DNA of 64,000 nucleotides from Candidatus Poribacteria bacterium (GTDB taxonomy: Bacteria > Poribacteria > WGA-4E > PCPOR2b). A program made the translations under genes and the position numbers. The DNA is taken from positions 4,832,001 through 4,896,000 of the forward strand of contig OZ244042.1 in NCBI GenBank assembly GCA_965215015.1, given 5' to 3'. Shown here piece after piece: positions 9,770-20,344 of this stretch (positions are counted from its first letter, which is position 1; every line of letters starts with the position of its first letter). The notes beneath the pieces are model-generated. The model did not search any database. It was not told where the DNA came from and saw nothing but the letters and a program-made list of their open reading frames with translations.

Positions 9770-10945
9770 TCACCTTTTTGTTTCGATTAATTGATGCGCG
9801 ACCGATCTTGCCCATCGATCAGCGGCGAGAATATCATCAAGGGTTGGCTGAAATGTTACATCATGTTGGGTCATTACTTCCTCAAGGCAGTTCGGGATGT
9901 CCATAAACCCGATTTGTCGATTTAGGAATGCCTCTACAACCACTTCATCAGCACTACTGAGAACCGTCGGTAAAGTCCCACCAACCTTCGCAGCACTATA
10001 GGCGAACTCGAGGCAGGGAAACTTTTCAGAATCAACAGGCTTCATGTGGAGTGCACCAATTTGGGACAGGTCAAGCCGCGGCACGGAGGTAGGGAAACGG
10101 CACGGATAGGTCAAGGCGTATTGGATTGGCAGACGCATATCCGAAACACCCAATTGAGCAATCAACGAACCATCGACAAATTCAACCATCGAATGAATAA
10201 TACTTTCCGGGTGAATAACAACCTCGATTTGCGATAATTCCACATCAAAAAACCATTTCGACTCGATGACCTCAAACCCTTTGTTCATCATTGTTGCCGA
10301 GTCAATTGTAACTTTTGCCCCCATCTTCCAATTTGGGTGCTTCAAAGCCTGCTGCGGTGTCACCGATCGCAACTGATCCGAAGGGGTTTCACGGAAGGGA
10401 CCGCCAGAACCTGTGAGGATGAGTCGATGAATTTCGGCACGCGGGCAACCATCCCCATTAACGTTGGAGAGGCATTGGAAGATTGCACTGATTTCGCTGT
10501 CCACAGGTAAAAGGCGGATACCATTTTCCTTAGCCTTTTTCATAATCAGCGGACCACACATGACCAATGCCTCTTTGTTGACAAATGCGAGGTCTTTTCC
10601 GGCTTGAATTGCCTCGAGTGTTGGTAAGAGCCCGGCACCGCCGCCGATTGCCTCAAGGACAAGGTCAACCTCCCCCATCGTCGCAATTGCCGAAACCCCG
10701 TCGGGCCCTGAAAGAACTTCAACGGTTTTTACATCCTTTAGACGCTTTCTCAGTTGGTTAGCAGCTGCCCCATCGCTTAACGCCACAAGCCGCGGACGGA
10801 ATTGACGCACCTGCTGTTCAATCCGGTCAACTGATGTGTTGGCAGCAAGCCCGGCGACAGCAAATTCATCGGAATGGGTACCCACAACTGATAGCGCGTT
10901 TCGACCAATAGACCCCGTGGAACCAAGAATGGAGAGATGTTTCAT
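9770..10945 (-). CDS. dxr: 1-deoxy-D-xylulose-5-phosphate reductoisomerase
   Basis: LGSTGSIG, LPVDSE, HPNWKMG.K.TIDSATMMNKG. Confidence 0.97.
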   Translation of the reverse strand: MKHLSILGSTGSIGRNALSVVGTHSDEFAVAGLAANTSVDRIEQQVRQFRPRLVALSDGAAANQLRKRLKDVKTVEVLSGPDGVSAIATMGEVDLVLEAIGGGAGLLPTLEAIQAGKDLAFVNKEALVMCGPLIMKKAKENGIRLLPVDSEISAIFQCLSNVNGDGCPRAEIHRLILTGSGGPFRETPSDQLRSVTPQQALKHPNWKMGAKVTIDSATMMNKGFEVIESKWFFDVELSQIEVVIHPESIIHSMVEFVDGSLIAQLGVSDMRLPIQYALTYPCRFPTSVPRLDLSQIGALHMKPVDSEKFPCLEFAYSAAKVGGTLPTVLSSADEVVVEAFLNRQIGFMDIPNCLEEVMTQHDVTFQPTLDDILAADRWARSVAHQLIETKR

Positions 10946-10995
10946 AGCGAGTTCATGCCGGCACCGCTGACTTCACAATCAGCGCAATGCCCCTA

Positions 10996-11850
10996 TCACA
11001 TTGGACTTATCAGATACTTAAAATAGTAATAAAGCACCGGTGCCGAAAAAATCAAACTATCGCATCGATCCAATAATCCACCGTGACCCGGAATTAAATG
11101 CCCCGAATCTTTAACATCAGCACTCCGTTTGATAACAGATTCGCTCAAGTCGCTCAGTTGGCCAAAGATTCCTAACAGTGCCGTAAGAATCAGCGCATGT
11201 GGGAAACTCAGTGTGTCTTTCAATAAAAAAGACCAAACACCAAATCCACCGAATGCCCCAAAAACTAACCCTGCAATTGTTCCTTCAATCGTTTTGCCGG
11301 GACTAATCTTCGGACTCAGTTTGTGCGTCCCAAACCACTTACCAAAGAGATACGCTGCCGTATCACCTAGCCAAATAGTCACAGCCAAAAAGAAGATTAA
11401 GCCCCGACCAGGCCCGCTGATGTCGCGCAGCTGAATCAGATGAAACCCAAAAGCCCAACCGATATAGATAACTCCCAGTAGCGTAGTTGCAACAGAAAGG
11501 AAAGCAAGGTTGACCTGATCACGAAGAATCTGGTAGGAAAACGGGAGAAAGAGCGTCAAGGCAAGGACAAGTTCAACAGGGATTTTGAAACCGATTAAAT
11601 CAACTGCCGATAAACAGAACAGAACGCCACATACGACGGTGAAAGTTCGACCGGCTTTTACCCCAATTGACCGGGAAAGCTCCCAAAACTCAATCAGCAT
11701 CAGACCGGTAACCAGAACAATCAATGCTGCATAGGGATACCCTCCCCACCAAACGAGGAAGATAATCACAGGTATTAGGATGATCGCACTAATAGCTCGC
11801 TTCCAAAACATTGGCGACAGGGACGGACGAATTTTTTGGGTGAATACCAC
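10996..11850 (-). CDS. cdsA: Phosphatidate cytidylyltransferase
   Basis: DTAAY, ISPGKTIEG, KDSGHLIPGHGGLLDRCDS. Confidence 0.95.
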   Translation of the reverse strand: MVFTQKIRPSLSPMFWKRAISAIILIPVIIFLVWWGGYPYAALIVLVTGLMLIEFWELSRSIGVKAGRTFTVVCGVLFCLSAVDLIGFKIPVELVLALTLFLPFSYQILRDQVNLAFLSVATTLLGVIYIGWAFGFHLIQLRDISGPGRGLIFFLAVTIWLGDTAAYLFGKWFGTHKLSPKISPGKTIEGTIAGLVFGAFGGFGVWSFLLKDTLSFPHALILTALLGIFGQLSDLSESVIKRSADVKDSGHLIPGHGGLLDRCDSLIFSAPVLYYYFKYLISPM

Positions 11851-11864
11851 ACCTCAGTTGCTGA

Positions 11865-12422
11865 TTACAATTCGAGTAACTCTGCTTCCTTGGATCTTAA
11901 CAACTCATTGGCCTGTTCAGTACACTGATCCGTAACATCTTGAACCTGCGCCGCATAAGTATGACGCTCATCCTGAGAAATCTTTTTGGACCGCTCTAAC
12001 TTCTGCAACGAATCATTTGCAGCCCGCCGGATGTTTCTGATAGCGACGCGTCCCTCTTCAGCTAACTTAGCGACGTATCTAGTCAGTTCCTGTCGGCGTT
12101 CCGTTGTTAGTTCAGGGATTTGAATGCGAATCAGGTTTCCATCATTGTTCGGATTCAACCCCAAATCAGATTGGGCAATCGCCTTCTCAACATCCTTCAT
12201 AATCGTCTTATCCCACGGTTGGATGACAATCAGGCGAGGTTCAGGAATCGTAATCGTTGCAACTTGATTAATTGGGCTTTTAGTGCCGTAATAATCGACA
12301 TGAATATTATCCAATAGAGAAGCCGAGGCCCTCCCGGTGCGCACATGTGCAAAATCTCTGGCTGTTGCTTCCAGAGCCTTCTGCATTCGCGTCTGTGCAT
12401 CACGAAGAATTGTTTTAGGCAT
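11865..12422 (-). CDS. frr: Ribosome recycling factor
   Basis: RTGRAS, IQPWD, LGLNP, RVAIRNIRR. Start placed at MPKTIL behind an aaggag RBS. Confidence 0.96.
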   Translation of the reverse strand: MPKTILRDAQTRMQKALEATARDFAHVRTGRASASLLDNIHVDYYGTKSPINQVATITIPEPRLIVIQPWDKTIMKDVEKAIAQSDLGLNPNNDGNLIRIQIPELTTERRQELTRYVAKLAEEGRVAIRNIRRAANDSLQKLERSKKISQDERHTYAAQVQDVTDQCTEQANELLRSKEAELLEL

Positions 12423-12490
12423 TTTGAAAACTCCTTTAGATTGTCCAATCAATTATAGACAGCCATCTATCCAAATTCCTATCCTACAAT

Positions 12491-13087
12491 TTAGTCCTGT
12501 CCTAACACATAGAGCGAAAACCGTCTCACAACAATGTTTTCCCCAAGTTGAGCGATTGCATCTTGAATCAGTTGCTCAACCGTTTTATCCATCTCCCGAA
12601 TATAAGGTTGGTCAAGTAAACAAGCTTCGGTATAAAATTTAGAGAGTCTGCCATCAACGATTTTGTCAACGATATGCTCCGGTTTTCCTTCGTCAAGTGT
12701 TTGCCGCCTTAAAATCTCTCTTTCTGATTCTAAGACACTTGCGGGCACATCGCCTTGGCTAACGTATTTCGGTTTTGCGGCAGCGACCTGCATTGCAATT
12801 TCTTTAGTCAACTGTTCAAATTGTTCCGTCCGGGCGACGAAATCCGTTTCACAATTGACTTCAACCAACACGCCGATTCGGCTGCCGGGGTGAATATAGG
12901 AAGCAATCAACCCCTCAGAGGTGGTGCGTCCACCTTTGAGTTCCGAAGCCTTTAGCCCCTTTTCGCGCAAGAGTTGAATGGCTGCCTCTAAATCGCCATT
13001 CGATTCAGTAAGGGCTTTCTTACAGTCCATAATCCCGGCACTTGTGCGGGCGCGCAGCTCACTAACCATCTTCGCAGTAATTTGCAT
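12491..13087 (-). CDS. tsf: Elongation factor Ts (short form)
   Basis: ELRARTSAGIMDCKKAL, EVNCETDFVA. Confidence 0.97.
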   Translation of the reverse strand: MQITAKMVSELRARTSAGIMDCKKALTESNGDLEAAIQLLREKGLKASELKGGRTTSEGLIASYIHPGSRIGVLVEVNCETDFVARTEQFEQLTKEIAMQVAAAKPKYVSQGDVPASVLESEREILRRQTLDEGKPEHIVDKIVDGRLSKFYTEACLLDQPYIREMDKTVEQLIQDAIAQLGENIVVRRFSLYVLGQD

Positions 13088-13938
13088 TAACTGTTATCCT
13101 CCATCTCTACCACAGAATCCTTCTGATTTTCAGCTTGTGAATCCTCTGATTCCTGATTCTTGACATCATCTTCATCGGTTGTGGACTCTGGTTCCGACGC
13201 TTCCGATTCGCTAGCCGCCTCTAATGGGGGTTCCGAATCATCTGCCCCCTCTAGCGCACTCGCCCGCCCTTCGATAACGGCGGTTGCCAGGATGGAACAG
13301 ATAAGCTTAATCGCCCGGATTGCATCATCATTTGCAGGAATCGGATAATCAATCGGGTCCGGATCACAGTTAGTGTCAACGATTGCAACAACTGGAACAC
13401 CGAGCTTATTCGCCTCTTTTACGGCAATGTGCTCCTTGCGAGTATCTGTAATAATAACGGCTTCAGGAAGTGCCCCCATCGTCTTGATGCCCGCAAGATT
13501 ATTATTCAACTTCGTCTTCTCACGTCTGAGACTCATCACTTCCTTTTTCGGGAGCTGCTCAAAGACTCCGTTCGCTTCGTCTTCCTCTATTTTCATCAGG
13601 CGGTTGATGCTACGTTTAATCGTCTCGTAATTAGTCAACATGCCACCCAGCCAACGATGGTTCACATGAAACATTTGGCATCTGGCTGCTTCCTCTGCAA
13701 CCGTTTCTTGGGTCTGCTTTTTGGTTCCGACAAAGAGCACTGCCCCGCCTCGCGCCGCAACATCCTGCACAAATTCATACGCTGTCTGGAGTAGACGCAA
13801 CGTTTTCTGGAGATCTATGATGTAAATCCCATTTCGTTCCGCAAAGATATACGGTGCCATTTTCGGGTTCCAACGCCGCGACTGATGCCCGAAATGAACG
13901 CCTGTCTCCAGGAGCTCTTTCATTGTAACTGTTCTCAA
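13087..13938 (-). CDS. rpsB: 30S ribosomal protein S2, with acidic C-terminal tail
   Basis: [37 protein letters not shown]; TTG start with ggagg RBS. Confidence 0.98.
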   Translation of the reverse strand: MRTVTMKELLETGVHFGHQSRRWNPKMAPYIFAERNGIYIIDLQKTLRLLQTAYEFVQDVAARGGAVLFVGTKKQTQETVAEEAARCQMFHVNHRWLGGMLTNYETIKRSINRLMKIEEDEANGVFEQLPKKEVMSLRREKTKLNNNLAGIKTMGALPEAVIITDTRKEHIAVKEANKLGVPVVAIVDTNCDPDPIDYPIPANDDAIRAIKLICSILATAVIEGRASALEGADDSEPPLEAASESEASEPESTTDEDDVKNQESEDSQAENQKDSVVEMEDNS

Positions 13939-14076
13939 AAGAACCTCCCTACCTAACCTTTAGGTTTTTGCTTCCACTTCCCTCACATTTACATCAGACT
14001 CTCAAAAGGTGAGAGAACCTTCTGTGTAAATCAAGAAGTGTGATTGATTCAACTAAGCTACCTTCAAAACGTGATA

Positions 14077-14106
14077 AATATAACATATCATCCGAAAGCA
14101 TGTCAA
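14077..14106 (-). promoter_or_regulatory. sigma70-like promoter of the rpsB operon
   Basis: TTGACA-18 bp-TATATT on the minus strand, ~140 nt upstream of rpsB. Confidence 0.5.
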
Positions 14107-14581
14107 GACTGTCTTGGTTTTCATTTCCCCAGAAATAATTCACGAGAAACTTTCGGAAAAACATCATCCCAATGAACAATTCCCCATTTTCCCCATATTA
14201 TCAATATAGAGAGGAGAGAATCGGTGTCAGATAGTGGGGAGCATGAACGCTTTGAGCAAGCAAGAGCGAGTAATTTCATAGCCTTCGATCGATTGCAGGA
14301 AACACTTATGAAATCTAAAGTATTACAGAGTTTGTTTTGCAGTGACACCCCCTTGTGTCATTTCCACCGTCAGACCCACGAGTTCCGAACAGGTTGGCCC
14401 GCAACGTTTCGTTGACCCGCATACCAACAACATCAAGCGCAGCCACGCCAGTCTCTAAATCGTTGGAAAATAGCGATTGCCAATGTGTCAGCAAAATGGG
14501 CAAACCACATGGAAACGATAAACGTGAATCAGTGGACAACACTCATCAACTATGAGGGAAATTGGTACTGGCATAGGCAAG

Positions 14582-15577
14582 TTACAGTGGTATTTCTATC
14601 TTCTGCGGACGCCCGGTGTGGATTGACTCCGTAATCTTTTCTATCAATAGAGTGGAAACGATGCCGGGACGTGCCGGAACGTAAGAATCCGTATCGTTAC
14701 GGATGGCTTCCACCAACAACGGCATCCGTTCGATAGGGGCCGGCTTCAGGGTTTCATCCCCACCAAACGTGACCTTGCTGAAATGCTCATATAAGACCGC
14801 GGACTGCTCGCCATCGAAGAATTCAAAAAACCACTTTGAAATGATAGTGTTGCTTCCAGCATCGCTCATCAGAAAGGTCGCCACCGAATCGTTGGCAAAA
14901 CGGATGGTCGCCGCAGCCGTGTCCACCATATCAGGGCTGCCCAACTCCCCATCGGGATGGGTAATCTGCCCCCCGGTTGCGTAAATCTCCACCGGATCTG
15001 CGCCGTGAATCCAACACAATAGATCTACAGCGTGGACACCGACATCATAGAGCGGACCACCCCCCTCTTCGGGGTGCCAACGCCATCGGTTCAGATCCGC
15101 CGGTCCCATCATGCACTGACCATGGCTCACCTTCGGCGAATGCAGCCGCTTCTTAATCTCTCGCGCCGCCCCAGAGAAACGGATAGAGAAGTTAACCATC
15201 AGTTTCCGATCAGCGGACTTCATCGCCTCATAGATGCGCAAGCAATCTGCTGTCGTCATTGCCATCGGTTTCTCTAGATAGAGGTGCTTTCCAGCATTGA
15301 AGGCAGCAACTGCCAAGTCGGCATGGGAACTGTGGGACGTGGCGATTGAGACAATATCCACCAATGGATCGGAGAAAACCCGCTCCGGATCAGTGGTGTA
15401 GTAATCACCGCCGTACTGTTCGTGAAAACCCTTTGCAGAGTCCGATCGGACATCACAGAAGCCGCGCACCTCAACGTCCGGCGTGCCCGAAGCACCCCGC
15501 GCGTGACCATTGCCTGCCCCTCCACACCCGATGAGTGCCCAACCGAGCGGGCGATTCGCGCTACTACTAGTTGCCAT
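14582..15577 (-). CDS. Gfo/Idh/MocA family oxidoreductase
   Basis: IGCGGAG, HLYLEKPMA, GGGPLYDVGVH. Confidence 0.9.
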   Translation of the reverse strand: MATSSSANRPLGWALIGCGGAGNGHARGASGTPDVEVRGFCDVRSDSAKGFHEQYGGDYYTTDPERVFSDPLVDIVSIATSHSSHADLAVAAFNAGKHLYLEKPMAMTTADCLRIYEAMKSADRKLMVNFSIRFSGAAREIKKRLHSPKVSHGQCMMGPADLNRWRWHPEEGGGPLYDVGVHAVDLLCWIHGADPVEIYATGGQITHPDGELGSPDMVDTAAATIRFANDSVATFLMSDAGSNTIISKWFFEFFDGEQSAVLYEHFSKVTFGGDETLKPAPIERMPLLVEAIRNDTDSYVPARPGIVSTLLIEKITESIHTGRPQKIEIPL

Positions 15578-15579
15578 TC

Positions 15580-16344
15580 TTATCCCTCCCTTGCGTCTCT
15601 CAACTGCCGACCCGCTTCGGCAGCCAAGAAACTCATATCATTGCTCAAGTCAAAGAACACAAACCCCTGTTCTTTCCGTTTTAGAAGCTCCGCGGCAGAA
15701 CCAACAGGAATGCCGCACGGTTTGCCAACCCGATTACAGGCTGTTAGAAAACGTTGGATTGCCTCCTCGTGTTCGACACTTCCAGCCGCGACACCCATTT
15801 CAATGGATAAATCCCCGGGGCCGAGGAAACCGATGTCAACGCCTTCGATCTCCATGATGGCATCCGCATTCCGAATCCCCTCCCGGTCCTCGATCTGCGG
15901 TATCACCACCATTTCACCATCAATCCACGTCCTGTAATCAGGTCCCCATGTCCCCGCTCGACCGGATCCCGAAGACCGTCTCCCTCGTGGTGGATAGCGG
16001 CAGGCTTGGGCGATTTCTGCCGCTTGCTCCGGGGTGCTGACATGCGGAGGAACAACCCCGAATGCGCCGGCATCTAACACACGCCCGATGGTCTCCGGCG
16101 CGTGGTCCCATACGCGCGCAATCGGCGTCGCTCCCCGCGATTCAATCGCTCGGAACATATTCGCAATTTCTGTGATTCCCACCGGCGAATGTTCCGCATC
16201 AACAGCAAGCCAATCAAACCCAGTGGACGCCATCACCTCTGCCGCCTGCGGCGAACCCAAATTCAGCCACGACCCAATTGATACCCTCCCACCTGACAAT
16301 TTCTCACGAATTCTATTTCGCATTGAGAACAATGGTACCCCCAT
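15580..16344 (-). CDS. HpcH/HpaI aldolase family protein (start may be 16323)
   Basis: GFDWLAVDAEH, LDAGA.G, RYPPRG.R, PQIE, FLGPGDLS. Confidence 0.9.
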   Translation of the reverse strand: MGVPLFSMRNRIREKLSGGRVSIGSWLNLGSPQAAEVMASTGFDWLAVDAEHSPVGITEIANMFRAIESRGATPIARVWDHAPETIGRVLDAGAFGVVPPHVSTPEQAAEIAQACRYPPRGRRSSGSGRAGTWGPDYRTWIDGEMVVIPQIEDREGIRNADAIMEIEGVDIGFLGPGDLSIEMGVAAGSVEHEEAIQRFLTACNRVGKPCGIPVGSAAELLKRKEQGFVFFDLSNDMSFLAAEAGRQLRDAREG

Positions 16345-16669
16345 CTGCTATTGAGGCACCACACCTCCTTATCGAAAGCTAAATCCAACGAAATCAACAA
16401 ATCACATCATATCAAAGTTTCATCGCTTCTACAATGAAAAAGTGTTCTGATTTACCTTGGCTTTTAATGAGAGAGTATTATTAGCAGGTTTTAAGAACAG
16501 GTGTGAAAAAGTGGTATCAGACGTGGTAAAATAGCTTCTGCTATGCTCCATTTTTCCATCTATCATTTTACGACTGAGATACTATTTCCGTTAAGACGTA
16601 TTGACATTTTGCTATCGCCAATTAGAAATCTGTAATATAAGATCTTAATGTATGTTCCGATCCTCAACG

Positions 16670-17809
16670 TTATTCTTCTATGTTTATATCTATAGCATCC
16701 TCAACGTTAACTAAACATTCTGGAGCGTGCTCAAAATCCAATTCCGGTTTATAAATGCTATCCTGCGGTTTCGCGGAATACATAACTTCATAGATATTCT
16801 CCTGGCATGTGCGAATTCCTGTTAAATCATTCAACAAAATAAACTGCTCTTGACCTGTCATAACGGGACAGCCATAATGTATGTTTGTATATTTCAAAGG
16901 TCGCGATTCTGCGATTCGATTTTGGATAAACTCAAAATGTCTTTGCAATCGGTCGTGCAAATAATCGTTTGAAAATTCGACAATATCGTCCGCAATCTGA
17001 CAAATTGTCTGTTGAAAACTCTCATCGATTTCAACACCGATACTATTGCGTCCCGAGGTCATTGCAGCTGCAATCGTGGTTCCCGTTCCCAAAAACGGAT
17101 CGAGCACCATATCCCCTTTTACGGAGTACATATTGATCAATCGATAAGCCAGATTGAAAGGAAATGCTGCACTCCGTAATCGTGAGGTCCCATTAGAAAG
17201 GCTCTGCTCTGTTCCTTTAACATCCGTCCAAATATCGGAATACCAAATATTTCTTTCCTCCCAAAACAGAGCACTTTCGCGTCTATTCCTTCTTTGGTCC
17301 TCTGTTTTAAATTCTCTCTTGGAGCCTTTCCTCACTATCAAAACGTACTCGTGTTCTAAAGTTACATAAGCACCGGCTGGCAGCATACCTGACCCCATAA
17401 ATTTATTGGGAGCATTAGTCTGTTTTCGCCAGAGAATATCAGGCAGCACTGAAAATCCGATATCTAAGAGAGCGTTCAGAATTCGCGCATGATTGGGATA
17501 CAAACAAAAATCATTTTTTATTTTCCTCGTCGCATCACCGATATTAATGCACGCAAATCGATCTTTTTTCAGAACCCTGAACAGTTCATCCCATACAGAA
17601 TCAAGAATCAGGTGCATCAACTCATAAGCCTGTCTACCATCACCACCGGCTAAGGCCCTCTCAATTTCTATGTTCTGGTTACTAAACATATCATCCCACA
17701 TATCAATCATAGGATAGGGCGGTGAGGTAACTACTAAATCAACACTCTCTGAAGGAACTTCCTTCAACTCTCTCGCGTCTTGAAAAAGAATCTTATGGTT
17801 AGTTTTCAT
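16670..17809 (-). CDS. Orphan beta-class DNA methyltransferase (probably N4-cytosine)
   Basis: Motif IV VVTSPPY at the N-terminus and motif I VLDPFLGTGTT near the C-terminus; AT-rich; no adjacent restriction gene. Confidence 0.9.
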   Translation of the reverse strand: MKTNHKILFQDARELKEVPSESVDLVVTSPPYPMIDMWDDMFSNQNIEIERALAGGDGRQAYELMHLILDSVWDELFRVLKKDRFACINIGDATRKIKNDFCLYPNHARILNALLDIGFSVLPDILWRKQTNAPNKFMGSGMLPAGAYVTLEHEYVLIVRKGSKREFKTEDQRRNRRESALFWEERNIWYSDIWTDVKGTEQSLSNGTSRLRSAAFPFNLAYRLINMYSVKGDMVLDPFLGTGTTIAAAMTSGRNSIGVEIDESFQQTICQIADDIVEFSNDYLHDRLQRHFEFIQNRIAESRPLKYTNIHYGCPVMTGQEQFILLNDLTGIRTCQENIYEVMYSAKPQDSIYKPELDFEHAPECLVNVEDAIDINIEE

Positions 17810-17864
17810 AGATAAACTCGTGTGAGATGCGTGAAAACCATTTGGACAAAGATGGCTAAATTGA

Positions 17865-17953
17865 TAGGATTGTTACCCGGCTTGTCAGGGCGAAGCTTGT
17901 TAGTGTGCCGCTAACAAGCGTTCAGGTTATTACCTGATGAGGTAACAATCCTA
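17865..17953. repeat. Long palindromic REP/MITE-like element
   Basis: Outer arms taggattgttacc...ggtaacaatccta; inner arms gcttgttag...ctaacaagc. A related half-site lies at ~20270-20307. Confidence 0.7.
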
Positions 17954-18214
17954 GCAGAAGGTTTAAAAATCCTTGTCACACACTGTTGGCAAGGGCAAGC
18001 CGCTCCGCTTGTGCTGTGTCTCCAGTCTCCCAAAAACTAGCAAAGGCAGCGGCTTCGGGGGAGGGATAGGTTTTCTTTCCTCACTGGAGAGGTCCGCCCA
18101 GAGCAATGCCGAGCATCCATCCTCGGCATTCCTTCCCGGATGGAATGATTTGGAGGGTGTACTTGTTGGCTGGCTCTCGATACCACCACCCCCATCTTCG
18201 GCAAAAAGCCAACA

Positions 18215-18493
18215 TCAACTATCGTTGGCTCTTGGTGTTGATTGCTCATGGTGTGTTAAGGGGTTGATATGGTTCTGGTTGAGTTTGCTGAGTTCTAATC
18301 GGACATCCCGGATTTCAGCGTGCATATCCGATAGCCGTTGATTCGTTTCATTTTTCACTTCATCAATGCGTTTGTCGAGTTGTCCAATCAACGCTTTGAT
18401 TTGTCCAAAAAGAAAAATGCCTTGCCCGATTATAACGGCGAGGGTAATGCCCGCTATAATCAGATGCGAGGGGCTCCATTGTGAAAAATCCAT
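18215..18493 (-). CDS. Small membrane-anchored coiled-coil protein
   Basis: N-terminal TM helix, heptad-like LDKRIDEVKNE...IRDVRLEL, RBS aggagg. Confidence 0.7.
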   Translation of the reverse strand: MDFSQWSPSHLIIAGITLAVIIGQGIFLFGQIKALIGQLDKRIDEVKNETNQRLSDMHAEIRDVRLELSKLNQNHINPLTHHEQSTPRANDS

Positions 18494-18576
18494 TGTCTGG
18501 CCCTCCTGTCCATGATTTTGTCCCTCTTGTGCTGTGCCTCGAAATCTACTCGTGGCGTGGTGTTAGGGCGAATTGA

Positions 18577-18771
18577 CTATGCAAGTGTCCTCCGTTGCGT
18601 CTTTTTCTTTTCTCGTTCGATTAACCGGGGCAAATCTCTTTCAACGCATTCGTTGATGACTTCGGCGATACTCCAATCGAGTTTCTCGGCAGTGACGTAA
18701 ATTTGCGCTGCAAGATTGGGGTGAAACCGTCCCGTCATCTGAATCTTTTTCCGTCGTCGTGTGCGTGGCAC
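18577..18771 (-). CDS. Ribbon-helix-helix (Arc/CopG-like) DNA-binding protein
   Basis: beta-alpha-alpha pattern IQMTGRF-HPNLAAQIYVTA-WSIAEVINECVE; GTG start with ggagg RBS. Confidence 0.6.
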   Translation of the reverse strand: MPRTRRRKKIQMTGRFHPNLAAQIYVTAEKLDWSIAEVINECVERDLPRLIEREKKKTQRRTLA

Positions 18772-18857
18772 GGTGCTTGGCCTCCTTTCGTTTTTTGGGA
18801 GGATCTATAACCTTCAGGTTAAAGATTTTTGGTGGTATTATACATCAAAGCTAAGGT

Positions 18858-20192
18858 CTCACTTACCCCCATTTTTTTTGCTGTGTAATGGTGGTTGTTT
18901 TAGCGCGGTCTAGATGTGAGCAAGGGTTGTCATATATGGTAAAATACCTCCCTGTATAAATTATCAATTGTCTTAAACAAGGAGGTATTATGAAAGGCAC
19001 CCACCGCCATAAGCCGGTGAATCCCACCGCTATGATAACCACTCTGACCGAGATTTTCAACCCCGTATTGAAAAGACCGGCGTTAAAGAACCTGATACTC
19101 ACGACCTTAGCCATTGTGTTGGCCAAGACGTTTCGGATAAACGAAATCGCCTCACGCTTGCCAGTAGCAGTCAAACATCAAAAGACGAAACAGAAACGCC
19201 TGCTGCGATTCTTAGCTCGTCGCTTTCCTATTGACGCGGTGATGGGGTGCTGGCTGGCCTTTGTGCTCAGCCAGGTCTGTGAACCTCACGCAACCCGCCG
19301 GTTGATTTTAGTGGATGAAACCCAGGTGTTTGGCGATTTCAAAGCGATTGTTGCCGCGGTGCCGTTCCGGCGCCGGGCGGTTCCTATCTACTGGCACCTC
19401 TACACCGATACTGAGATTCAACAGTTGACCTATACCAGCCATAATGAGATTATCCAACGCTTTTGTCTCACACCGTATCAAAAGACGCAAGCGATTTTAC
19501 CGGACCGGTGTGAACCCACGTTGATATTCGATAGAGGCTTTGCGCGTGCTAAATATGTGATAAAGTTTCTCAAGGCACAACAGATTCCATTTATCCTCCG
19601 CGTGCGTGGTAATGTTTGCATGACCGTCTGGGGAACTGTTAAAAAGGCACAACAGTTGGCAACGGGGTGCTATCCACAGATTCTCTATCACTTAACCGAG
19701 CGGATTCGACTCAACCTGTATGTCGTCAGAGAGGCGCGGTTTGCTGAACCGATGTATCTGATTTCCAGTCATCTGACGGGACGCCAAATATATCACTATT
19801 ATAAGCGAAGAATGCAGATTGAACACGGATTTCGGGACATCAAGACCGGTTTTGGCTTTGGCAGTTTGAGACTCAAAAAACCGTCAAAATCCCGCATCAA
19901 CCTGTTATGGCTCTTAGCTTGTGTCAGTTATGGCTTGCTGTTTATCACCTATCAAAAGTCAGGAGACCGATGGGCAAAAGCATTCAACACACGGACTAAA
20001 ATCTACTCACTCATTACCGTGATAAAGCGGGTGGTAGCGGAGGCATGGAGCAGGTGGTGTCTCAATCCCTACTTCACACTGCCACGGTGCCGGGGAGATA
20101 CCCGCAAACACCCTTAATCACAATTATTCTCACTATCTTAACTCAGAAAAATAACGCAAATCTATACTAGAAAAAAAGTGGGGGTAAGTGAG
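18858..20192 (+). mobile_element. Insertion sequence, IS4-like family
   Basis: Terminal inverted repeats ctcacttaccccca(t/c)ttttttt at both ends around one transposase. No clear target duplication. Confidence 0.9.
18990..20117 (+). CDS. DDE transposase (IS4-like)
   Basis: ILVDET, IFDRGF and Y..R.QIE..FRDIK (YREK-type signature). Confidence 0.92.
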   Translation: MKGTHRHKPVNPTAMITTLTEIFNPVLKRPALKNLILTTLAIVLAKTFRINEIASRLPVAVKHQKTKQKRLLRFLARRFPIDAVMGCWLAFVLSQVCEPHATRRLILVDETQVFGDFKAIVAAVPFRRRAVPIYWHLYTDTEIQQLTYTSHNEIIQRFCLTPYQKTQAILPDRCEPTLIFDRGFARAKYVIKFLKAQQIPFILRVRGNVCMTVWGTVKKAQQLATGCYPQILYHLTERIRLNLYVVREARFAEPMYLISSHLTGRQIYHYYKRRMQIEHGFRDIKTGFGFGSLRLKKPSKSRINLLWLLACVSYGLLFITYQKSGDRWAKAFNTRTKIYSLITVIKRVVAEAWSRWCLNPYFTLPRCRGDTRKHP

Positions 20193-20205
20193 ATAAAAAA
20201 AAGTG

Positions 20206-20235
20206 TTGACAGTTTTTTGCAGATGTGGCAATAAT
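20206..20235 (+). promoter_or_regulatory. sigma70-like promoter
   Basis: TTGACA followed 18 bp later by AATAAT, immediately outside the IS right end. Confidence 0.45.
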
Positions 20236-20344
20236 AGATAATTGCGGGAGCCCCAAGTGCTCATCTTCGTGATTGCTATCCCGATAGGTCGGAATAACAA
20301 TCCTACATAGTATAACCCTCTTAGCCATCAGAAGGGACGGTATT

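Noticed and set aside
14110-14560. Short ORFs or an RNA gene between rpsB and the oxidoreductase
   Set aside because: No recognisable motif, RBS or RNA structure; left unassigned.
17865-17953. Integron attC site upstream of the methyltransferase
   Set aside because: GTTAG precedes CTAAC (the wrong order for attC), and the outer arms match a taggattgtta REP-like family also seen near 20290.
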